A stretch of DNA of 24,000 bases from Janthinobacterium sp. B9-8 (GTDB lineage Bacteria; Pseudomonadota; Gammaproteobacteria; Burkholderiales; Chitinibacteraceae): positions 1,653,740-1,677,739 of the forward strand of contig NZ_CP014222.1 of the NCBI RefSeq assembly GCF_000969645.2, given 5' to 3'. Positions 17,439 to 24,000 of the stretch are shown here, in pieces (position 1 is the first letter of the stretch; each line of letters begins with the position of its first letter). The notes below the pieces were generated by a model, which saw only the letters and a program-made list of their open reading frames with translations, had not been told where the DNA came from and searched no databases. The translations under genes and the position numbers were made by a program.

Positions 17439-18500
17439 ATGGACGACAACAAGAGCAAGGCACTCGCCGCGGCACTCGCGCAAATCGAACGCCAGTTCGG
17501 CAAAGGCGCCATCATGAAAATGGGCGAAAATCAAATTCAAGGCGATCTGCAAGTGGTTTCCACCGGCTCCCTTGGTTTGGATCTGGGCCTTGGCGTTGGC
17601 GGCCTACCTCGCGGGCGTGTTGTAGAAATTTTCGGGCCAGAATCTTCAGGCAAGACCACACTCTGCTTGCACGTTGTAGCTGAAGTGCAAAAGCTTGGTG
17701 GCGTGGCTGCTTATATCGATGCAGAAAACGCACTCGATCCTGTTTACGCCAGCAAACTGGGTGTAAACGTATCTGAAATGCTGATCTCTCAGCCCGATAC
17801 CGGCGAGCAAGGCTTAGAAATCGCCGACATGCTGGTTCGCTCTGGCGGCGTAGATATTATCGTGGTTGACTCGGTTGCCGCACTCACACCCAAAGCCGAA
17901 ATCGAAGGCGAAATGGGCGATGTACACGTGGGTCTGCAAGCACGCCTGATGAGCCAAGCTCTTCGTAAGCTCACCGGCAATATCAAGCGCACTAACACGC
18001 TGGTCATCTTTATTAACCAGCTGCGCATGAAGATTGGCAATATGATGCCGGGCCAAAGCCCTGAAACCACCACAGGTGGTAATGCGCTGAAATTCTACGC
18101 ATCGGTTCGTCTTGATATCCGCCGTATTGGCGCGGTTAAAAAAGGCGACGAGATCATTGGCAACCAAACCAAAGTAAAAATCGCCAAAAACAAAGTGGCC
18201 CCGCCGTTCCGCATCGTGACCTTTGATATTCTTTACGGCGAGGGCATTAGCCATGAAGGCGAGATCATCGAATACGGCGTTACGCATAAAATCGTTGAAA
18301 AAGCCGGTGCATGGTACAGCTACAATGGTAATAAAATTGGCCAAGGCATGGAAAACTCCCGCCAATACCTTAAAGACAACCCTGAAGTGGCCGCAGAAAT
18401 TGAGCAAAAAATTCGCGCAAAATTAGGCGCGGGTGGCTTATTGCCAATCGATCCTGCTGCTTTACTTGAAGATGGCAAAGAAGAAGAGTTAGAAGCTTAA
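17439..18500 (+). CDS. recA: Recombinase RecA
   Basis: [29 protein letters not shown]..., Walker [10 protein letters not shown] and the full-length RecA pattern. I set the start at the ATG at 17439. The track's GTG at 17343 adds a non-homologous 32-aa extension that would cover the promoter. Confidence 0.97.
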   Translation: MDDNKSKALAAALAQIERQFGKGAIMKMGENQIQGDLQVVSTGSLGLDLGLGVGGLPRGRVVEIFGPESSGKTTLCLHVVAEVQKLGGVAAYIDAENALDPVYASKLGVNVSEMLISQPDTGEQGLEIADMLVRSGGVDIIVVDSVAALTPKAEIEGEMGDVHVGLQARLMSQALRKLTGNIKRTNTLVIFINQLRMKIGNMMPGQSPETTTGGNALKFYASVRLDIRRIGAVKKGDEIIGNQTKVKIAKNKVAPPFRIVTFDILYGEGISHEGEIIEYGVTHKIVEKAGAWYSYNGNKIGQGMENSRQYLKDNPEVAAEIEQKIRAKLGAGGLLPIDPAALLEDGKEEELEA

Positions 18501-18508
18501 ATAGCACG

Positions 18509-18539
18509 AGCCAGCCCCTCCTCCCCAGAGGGGCTGGCT
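18509..18539 (+). promoter_or_regulatory. GC-rich stem-loop between recA and recX (attenuator candidate)
   Basis: AGCCAGCCCCTC-ctcccca-GAGGGGCTGGCT forms a perfect 12-bp stem 9 nt after the recA stop. No T-run follows it. Confidence 0.6.
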
Positions 18540-18581
18540 ATCGACCCCACCACAGGGGCCGATGCAATGAACGAGTAAGAA

Positions 18582-19025
18582 ATGACGACCGCTCTACGCA
18601 ATAAAGCCCTGCAACACCTCGCGCGCCGAGATCATTCACGCGGCGAACTGCGGCTCAAACTCCTCCCTTTTGCAGAAGACCCCAGCGAAGTTGATGCGGT
18701 ACTGGATGATTTTATCGAGCGCGGCTGGCAATCTGATACCCGCTTTGCCGAACAATGGGTGTTCTACCGATCCCAACGCTACGGGCCGCAACGCTTACGT
18801 GCCGAGCTACAGCAAAAAGGCGTTTCCAGCGAAATTATTTCAAGCGTCATGGAAGAGCACGGCGACACCGAGCTAGAGCAGGCCCGTGCACTTTGGCGAA
18901 GAAAATTTGGCAGCCCACCTCAAGACCCCAAAGAAAAAAACAAACAACTACGCTTTCTCATCAGCCGTGGTTTTTCTGTTTCTGTGATTTACAAAGTAGT
19001 AGGTGGGGAGGATGAGGATTATTGA
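18582..19025 (+). CDS. recX: RecA regulator RecX
   Basis: 147 aa with LARRDHSRGELRLKL and a repeated three-helix pattern. It sits immediately downstream of recA. Confidence 0.9.
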   Translation: MTTALRNKALQHLARRDHSRGELRLKLLPFAEDPSEVDAVLDDFIERGWQSDTRFAEQWVFYRSQRYGPQRLRAELQQKGVSSEIISSVMEEHGDTELEQARALWRRKFGSPPQDPKEKNKQLRFLISRGFSVSVIYKVVGGEDEDY

Positions 19026-19053
19026 GGGGTGTTAGGCAAGGCAAACCCAAATA

Positions 19054-19171
19054 TTGAACCACGAAGCACGCAGGGAACATCGGGGAGCCTCTTTGCGTAC
19101 TATGATTTCTGGCCGTTCAGAAATTAAATACTTCGCACCAAAATCAACGAGCCGAAGGCACTAAAAAGATC
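19054..19171 (+). repeat. Short copy (about 118 bp) of the hairpin-rich intergenic element seen at 21174-21393
   Basis: The two copies share a 5' block (TTGAAcCACG..AGGgAACAtCGGGG versus TTGAAaCACG..AGGAACAagCGGGG). They also share a 3' block (AAATTAA...ACGaGCCGAAGGCACTAAAAAGATC versus AAATTAACGtGCCGAAGGCACTAAAAAGATC). This copy lies between convergent recX and the SLT gene. Confidence 0.4.
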
Positions 19172-19207
19172 ATTGCATAGCATCTGTGAAGTAAAAAAAC
19201 ACCACAC

Positions 19208-20047
19208 CTATAAAATCGGTCGCATTTGTGCTTTGCTAATCAGCCGTTGCTTCATTTTGTGCTGAGCATAGGGATAAAACTTGATCACCTTTGCCACGTA
19301 TTCTTGTGTTTCAGCATAAGGTGGCACGCCGCGATAACGGTCTACTGCTTTTTCTCCCGCGTTATAGCTTGCAGCCACCAGCACGACATTGCCTTGGTAG
19401 CGATCAAGCAACCAACGCAAATAGCGCACCCCGCCTTTGATGTTTTGGCTGGCATTAAACGCATCTTTCACATTAAAACGCTCAGCCGTTTCCGGAATCA
19501 GCTGCATCACGCCTTGTGCTAATTTAGGTGATAAAGCCTGCGGGTTTAATTGCGATTCCACCCTTGCAATACTTAAAGCGAACTGCGGATCAACATCGTG
19601 CCACAGGGCAATTTGCCGCACGATACGGGCAATTTTTTGCTGATTGGCGCTAAGTTCGGGAAAAGGCGGCATCGGTGGCTCGGGCGCTTTCTCGGGCTTG
19701 ATATCAGCCAAGATACAAGGCGGCAAGGCACTTGCACCCAGCCTGATGGTTTCTAGCATGTTTTGCGCCCGCATATGCCCTTGTTGAGCTGCACCAGAAA
19801 ACAAGGTTGCTGCCATTTTTCTATTCTCAGGCACACCCTCACCAAAGGCGTAGAGCATACCTAAACGATATTGTGCTTCTATCGAGCCTTTTCTGGCTGC
19901 CGCACAATAAAGCGTGGCAGCTTCCCAGGCATCAAGCGATTCAAACTTAGCTGCTGCAGCCAAGCTTTCTTGCAACACGGGGGCTTCACCCGCATTGGGC
20001 ACAGGGGCACTCAGCAGTGCTGCGCCCAAAAGCAAACTCGATATCAT
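19208..20047 (-). CDS. Sel1-repeat / SLT-domain lytic transglycosylase
   Basis: Signal peptide MISSLLLGAALLSAP, starting at the ATG at 20045-20047 with an AAGGGGG RBS. Sel1-like repeats (EAQYRLGMLYAFGEGVPEN, GHMRAQNML) are followed by an SLT domain (ARVESQLNP...GVMQLIP...AASYNAGEKAV). The track start at 20110 is an alternative. Confidence 0.8.
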   Translation of the reverse strand: MISSLLLGAALLSAPVPNAGEAPVLQESLAAAAKFESLDAWEAATLYCAAARKGSIEAQYRLGMLYAFGEGVPENRKMAATLFSGAAQQGHMRAQNMLETIRLGASALPPCILADIKPEKAPEPPMPPFPELSANQQKIARIVRQIALWHDVDPQFALSIARVESQLNPQALSPKLAQGVMQLIPETAERFNVKDAFNASQNIKGGVRYLRWLLDRYQGNVVLVAASYNAGEKAVDRYRGVPPYAETQEYVAKVIKFYPYAQHKMKQRLISKAQMRPIL

Positions 20048-20175
20048 GACGCCCCCTTTGCCCAAAAATCCAATCATGCTTACAGCATATTCCTGCAATG
20101 CAAAACACATCGCATTAACAGATCAGAGGGCCGGAACACACGACCAGCGATCATGCAGTAGGCCACGATTTTCTC

Positions 20176-21054
20176 CTAAGTCATCGGCCTTGCACGCATG
20201 AAATCAAGCAGAATTCTGACTTTGGCAGGCAAATAACGAGCGCTTGGATAAACGGCATAGATGCCACCGGCAGGCATAGTCCATTCAGGCAAAAGATGCA
20301 CCAAACGCCCTGCCGCCAAATCATCGGCCACCATAAAATCAGGCAAAACCGACAAGCCCGCCCCACTTCTAACCAGCGCCAACACAGAAGACGGCGCACT
20401 GGCCCGCATCACCGCCCGCATTCTGACGGTGCACGACTCATCGCCATGATTAAATTTCCAAGTCAGCGGCGCTTGCAGCCGCGTCATCGCCACCCACGGC
20501 AGCATGGATAATTCCTGAGGATGCGTCAGCGCGGGGTACTTCGCCAGACACAAGGGGGATGCCACCACGCATTCGGCAAACTGCGCCAGCTTGATGGCGT
20601 GCAGCGCAGAATCTTGCAAACGCCCCAAGCGAAACGCCACATCAATCCGCTCGGCCAAAAGATCAAGCACCTCATCGGTGGCCAGTAATTCAATCTCCAG
20701 CTGAGGATGCAAAGCAGCAAACTCTGCCAGAAGCGGGGCCAACACCGCACCGGCGTAATCCACCGGCACAGTAATGCGCAGTAGGCCTGATGCTTTTACC
20801 TGCCCCAGTCGATCAAGCGCCTCATTCGCCGCCAGCAGCAGCGGGGCAATATCGGCATAAAGCTGCTCGCCGATTTCGGTCAGCAGCACTTTGCGTGTAC
20901 TACGCGTGAGCAGCGCCACCCCAAGCTGCGATTCCAGCTTGCTGATTTGCTGGCTCACCAAAGATTTAGCCATTCCTAGCCTATCGCCCGCAGCCGTAAA
21001 CCCACCCGACTCCACCACGGCCACAAAAGTGGCAAGGCGATTTAAATCCAACAT
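20176..21054 (-). CDS. LysR-family transcriptional regulator
   Basis: 292 aa with an N-terminal wHTH (FVAVVESGGFTAAGDRLGMAKSLVSQQISKLESQLG) and a LysR substrate-binding domain. It is divergent from the dsbA-like / NAD(P)H-binding gene pair. Confidence 0.9.
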   Translation of the reverse strand: MLDLNRLATFVAVVESGGFTAAGDRLGMAKSLVSQQISKLESQLGVALLTRSTRKVLLTEIGEQLYADIAPLLLAANEALDRLGQVKASGLLRITVPVDYAGAVLAPLLAEFAALHPQLEIELLATDEVLDLLAERIDVAFRLGRLQDSALHAIKLAQFAECVVASPLCLAKYPALTHPQELSMLPWVAMTRLQAPLTWKFNHGDESCTVRMRAVMRASAPSSVLALVRSGAGLSVLPDFMVADDLAAGRLVHLLPEWTMPAGGIYAVYPSARYLPAKVRILLDFMRARPMT

Positions 21055-21173
21055 AAGGCTGTTCTCGTTTATTGGTTTGTGAAATTAAGTTATTTATTTT
21101 GTTTTTTTAATATTTTCAAAACTTGCCATCTAGATTGCTATCGCGGCTATTCGCGTAGAGCTTAAAAGTCCCC

Positions 21174-21393
21174 TTGAAACACGCCGGAGCGAGGAACAAG
21201 CGGGGCGGGGTTTCGGCAAGGGAGCGAGGAACGAGCCAATCCCGCCCGCCGCCGACTCGATTGTCCGCAGCGCAGGAGCCTTCGTGTTTCGTGGGGTCGC
21301 CTTCTTTGGCTTCGTTTCTTGGCGAAGCAAGAAAGGAAGGCCCCGCGGTGGCTACCGCTCCTAAATTAACGTGCCGAAGGCACTAAAAAGATC
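21174..21393 (+). repeat. GC-rich, hairpin-dense intergenic element (about 220 bp); candidate MITE/REP-type repeat or structured RNA
   Basis: Five helices can be read directly: 21170-21183 with 21283-21296 (14 positions, 1 mismatch, 1 GU), G-rich 21200-21210 with C-rich 21241-21252, an imperfect hairpin at 21299-21341, GCGGT-ggct-ACCGC at 21345-21358, and GTGCC-gaa-GGCAC at 21371-21383. The palindrome AAAAAGATCTTTTT follows at 21385-21398. The ORFs across it look like translation artefacts. Confidence 0.45.
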
Positions 21394-21520
21394 TTTTTGA
21401 ATTTTAGTCCCCCCCTACCCCATATTGTTCCATATTTATAAACATTCAATTCTTAATTGGCTTATTTATCTAATCAATCAACACAGGCAAGATAGCAGCA
21501 TATTCTTTAGGAAGCACAGC

Positions 21521-22198
21521 ATGCTACATCTCTTATTTGATCCTCTTTGCGGTTGGTGTTACGGCGCAGCGCCTGCTCTTGCTGCTTTAAAAGCACACAC
21601 AAACCTGAAATGGCAGTTGCACCCAACGGGGCTATTTTCCCACCCACAAACGATGAATGCTGAGATGGCAAATTACTTCTGGAGCAACGATCAGCGCATC
21701 GCCCAAATGACAGGCCAAGAATTTAGCCAAGCGTATAAAAACCATATCTTGGCTGACTTAAACACACCCTTTGATTCAAGCGCCTCCACCCTAGCCTACT
21801 ACCTGATTAGCCAGGCAGTGCCCGAACAGACCATTGATGTACTGCATCGCGTGCAACAACTACGCTACGCCAAAGGCACACAAGACACAGTGGCTTTTCT
21901 TGAGCTAGCGACAGAGTTTGGTCTGGATGCCGAGCAGTTTGCCAAAGACTTTGCAGCAGGCTGGCCAAAAGAATTACACGCTATAACACAGAAGGCTCAG
22001 GCCTTAATGCAAGACAACGGCCTGCGTGGCGTACCGACACTTTTGCTACAGCTTCCTCTTAGTCCCGCAAGCGGGGAAAACCAAGTCCATAAGAAACAAG
22101 GGCGTTTTTCTTATGGGGGCGATCAGTTCACAGTCGTCCCCAGCGCTTTGATGTACCAAGACCCGCAAGATTTAATTGATTTTGTCGCAAAGCAGTAA
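21521..22198 (+). CDS. DsbA-family thioredoxin-fold protein (CGWC active site, no signal peptide)
   Basis: MLHLLFDPLCGWCYGAAPAL has a CxxC at the extreme N-terminus, as in cytoplasmic DsbA-like / FrnE-like proteins. GVPTLLL is the cis-Pro loop. I set the start at the ATG at 21521 (AGGAAG RBS), not the track's upstream TTG. Confidence 0.8.
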   Translation: MLHLLFDPLCGWCYGAAPALAALKAHTNLKWQLHPTGLFSHPQTMNAEMANYFWSNDQRIAQMTGQEFSQAYKNHILADLNTPFDSSASTLAYYLISQAVPEQTIDVLHRVQQLRYAKGTQDTVAFLELATEFGLDAEQFAKDFAAGWPKELHAITQKAQALMQDNGLRGVPTLLLQLPLSPASGENQVHKKQGRFSYGGDQFTVVPSALMYQDPQDLIDFVAKQ

Positions 22199-22238
22199 AC
22201 AAACCCGCTTTTACACACTTAATTTACAAGGAAACACC

Positions 22239-22877
22239 ATGAAAATCGCAATCATCGGCGCAACAGGTTATGTTGGCTCTAAGCTCTTAAACGAAGCGCT
22301 TGAGCGCGGCCATCAAGTCAGCGCCCTAGTGCAAAACATCGCCAAACTACCTGCTCACGCAGCCCTTACCGCAATCAAAACAGATGTGAACGACGAAGCG
22401 ACACTAAGCGCCCAATTAGCAGGCCACGACATCGTGATCAGCGCATTCAGCGGCCATGCCGCAGGCGATGTTTACCAATATTTTGTTGATGGTTTTCAGC
22501 ATATTCTGAACAGCGTAAAAGCATCAGGCGTGCCACGTTTGCTGGTGGTGGGCGGCGCAGGCAGCTTAGAAGTCGCCCCCGGCGTACAAGTGGTAGACAC
22601 CCCCGATTTTCCAGCCGAATGGAAAGGCACCGCACTCGGCGCACGCACCGCACTGGAATTACTACGCAAAGAAAGCGCACTGGATTGGACTATGCTCAGC
22701 CCATCTGCGCATTTAGAGCCGGGCGCACGCACGGGTAAATTCCGCTTAGGCGGCGATCAATTACTGCTTGATGCTCAAGGTGAAAGCCGTATTTCGGTAG
22801 AGGATTACGCCGTAGCCATGCTGAATGAAGCAGAAAACGCCCAACACAGCCGTCAACGCTTTACCGTAGGCTATTAA
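22239..22877 (+). CDS. NAD(P)H-binding atypical SDR (YwnB/NmrA/BVR-B-like oxidoreductase)
   Basis: MKIAIIGATGYVGSKLLNEALERGHQV carries a GxxGxxG Rossmann motif, and the protein is 212 aa. An AAGGA RBS is present. I set the start at 22239. Confidence 0.85.
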   Translation: MKIAIIGATGYVGSKLLNEALERGHQVSALVQNIAKLPAHAALTAIKTDVNDEATLSAQLAGHDIVISAFSGHAAGDVYQYFVDGFQHILNSVKASGVPRLLVVGGAGSLEVAPGVQVVDTPDFPAEWKGTALGARTALELLRKESALDWTMLSPSAHLEPGARTGKFRLGGDQLLLDAQGESRISVEDYAVAMLNEAENAQHSRQRFTVGY

Positions 22878-22902
22878 TTAATACGCAAACGGCTTCTAGC
22901 AG

Positions 22903-22941
22903 CGCCCCACAATCTAATGCTTAGATTGTGGGGCGTTTTTT
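22903..22941 (+). terminator. Rho-independent terminator of the dsbA-like / oxidoreductase operon
   Basis: CGCCCCACAATCTA-atgct-TAGATTGTGGGGCG forms a perfect 14-bp stem followed by TTTTTT. Confidence 0.9.
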
Positions 22942-23116
22942 AGTGCTGATGCCGCAATGTACTGCCATATAATTTAGAAAATACCGCATAAAAGCGCAAA
23001 CCACTACGATCTATCGTTATTAAACACCGTAACAATAGAATGTCGCGCTATTTGTACCTTGCTTAGTCGGCGTACAATAAGCCACCTCTCTCCTATTTAA
23101 TAAAAAGCAAAAACGC

Positions 23117-24000
23117 ATGCGCTATTTCCCGCCTTGGCTGCTCTTACTGGGTGCGCTTACTGCACTTGGCCCGCTTTCCATCGATATGTATTTACCCAGC
23201 TTCCCTGCTATTTCGCATAGTTTGGGCGCGACTCCCGGCTCGGTGCAGCTCACTCTTGCCAGCTTTTTTATTGGCTTAGCCATTGGTCAGGCTATTTATG
23301 GCCCGTTTAGCGACCGCTTTGGCCGTAAGCCTCCGCTCTACTTTGGCCTGGTGATTTATATTCTGGCCTCCATAGGCTGCGTCTTTGTCACAGATATCAA
23401 TCAACTGATCGCTTTGCGCTTTTTACAAGCCCTTGGCGGCTGCGCTGGGATGGTGATTTCTCGGGCCGTAGTCAGGGATCGCTGCAATGTGCAGGAAATG
23501 GCCAAAGCTTTTTCTACCCTGATGCTGATTATGGGGCTGGCGCCGATTCTGGCACCTATTGTGGGCGGCTGGGTGGTGACCACGCTGGGCTGGCGAGCGA
23601 TTTTTGCTTTTCAAATGCTGTTTGCGCTGGTTTGCTTTATTAATGTGCATTTCTTTTTTAAAGAAACGCACAACACCCAACACAGCCCGGCACTTGAATT
23701 AGGCAAAGTTTTAACAGGCTACGCCGCACTGATCCGCGATAAAGCATTTATGCGCCATACCCTGACGGGCTCGCTGATTATGGGCGGCTTCTTTGGCTAT
23801 ATCGCCGGATCGCCTTATATTATTATCGAGTTATTCGGTGTGCCCGCCGAGCACTTTGGCTGGATCTTTGGTAGCAATGCAGCGGGCTTTATTATCAGCA
23901 GCCAATTTAATGTGCGCGCACTTAAAAACCACAGCTCGGCTAATCTGCTCAGACGTGCGCTGTATTTGCCGGCTATTTCTGGGCTCAGCCTGTTTTTACT
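23117..24000 (+). CDS. Bcr/CflA-family MFS drug-efflux transporter (3' end beyond the window)
   Basis: Missing from the ORF track because it is open to the window edge. My translation from the ATG at 23117 gives MRYFPPWLLLLGALTALGPLSIDMYLPSFPAISHSLGA...GPFSDRFGRKPPL...LRFLQALGGCAGMVISRAVVRD, which carries the characteristic Bcr/CflA motifs. Confidence 0.85.
   Translation, partial: MRYFPPWLLLLGALTALGPLSIDMYLPSFPAISHSLGATPGSVQLTLASFFIGLAIGQAIYGPFSDRFGRKPPLYFGLVIYILASIGCVFVTDINQLIALRFLQALGGCAGMVISRAVVRDRCNVQEMAKAFSTLMLIMGLAPILAPIVGGWVVTTLGWRAIFAFQMLFALVCFINVHFFFKETHNTQHSPALELGKVLTGYAALIRDKAFMRHTLTGSLIMGGFFGYIAGSPYIIIELFGVPAEHFGWIFGSNAAGFIISSQFNVRALKNHSSANLLRRALYLPAISGLSLFL

Noticed and set aside
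17814-18407. 197-aa ORF antisense to recA, plus the 73-aa and 94-aa ORFs at 17512-17733 and 17789-18073
   Set aside because: These are shadow ORFs on the opposite strand of a highly conserved gene. They have no RBS and an odd composition, and recA explains the open frames.
19031-19037. GTTAGGC, which matches the integron core site GTTRRRY, just after recX
   Set aside because: It is a single 7-mer with no inverse core, no attC-like imperfect palindrome and no integrase nearby. It is expected by chance.
19111-19122. GGCCGTTCAGAA, which resembles a Neisseriaceae DNA uptake sequence (GCCGTCTGAA)
   Set aside because: It has an extra base relative to every DUS dialect I know, occurs only once in 24 kb, and is simply the loop and right arm of the ATTTCTG/CAGAAAT hairpin.
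21130-21386. Two overlapping ORFs (66 aa minus strand, 70 aa plus strand) across the GC-rich element
   Set aside because: They have Arg/Pro/Ala/Gly-rich low-complexity translations, no RBS and mutually overlapping frames on both strands. The region is better explained as a structured repeat.
1-24000. Search for CRISPR arrays, tRNA/rRNA genes, IS elements, integrases and toxin-antitoxin pairs
   Set aside because: I saw no regularly spaced direct repeats, no cloverleaf-like or rRNA-like segments in the intergenic regions, and no transposase, recombinase or TA-like ORFs. This rests on visual inspection only.

Overview
The window reads as a chromosomal segment from a roughly 50% G+C betaproteobacterium. 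The guaB, recA, recX, oxyR and dsbB products look Neisseriales- or Chromobacteriales-like, though no search was possible. Housekeeping and redox genes include a partial rubredoxin-reductase-like flavoprotein, oxyR, dsbB, a patatin-like lipase, guaB, a dadA-family dehydrogenase, a PAS histidine kinase, recA-recX, a Sel1-SLT transglycosylase, and a LysR regulator with a DsbA-like / NAD(P)H-binding pair and a Bcr/CflA pump. These flank two accessory blocks. The first is a visibly AT-rich block at about 5.9-8.1 kb, holding an MFS transporter and a very AT-rich small membrane-protein ORF, followed by an orphan acidic 113-aa ORF. The second is a complete archaic (Csu/sigma-type) chaperone-usher pilus operon at 8.7-13.9 kb, built only from spore-coat-U (SCPU) domain subunits, with a collapsed mini-SCPU ORF at its head and a 365-bp structured spacer carrying a Neisseria dRS3-type repeat. 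I found no rRNA, tRNA, CRISPR array, transposase or integrase. Three non-coding signals stand out. A GC-rich, hairpin-dense element of about 220 bp lies in the lysR/dsbA-like divergent promoter region, with a shorter related copy after recX. A GAAC-N4-GTTC palindrome sits on the recA -10 box where a beta/gamma-type SOS box would be expected. The dsbB and oxyR genes share an ATGA overlap. I do not see a clear multi-gene defence-like novel system. The pilus locus oddities and the repeated structured element are the best candidates for something undescribed. All family calls come from reading motifs by eye, not from searches.
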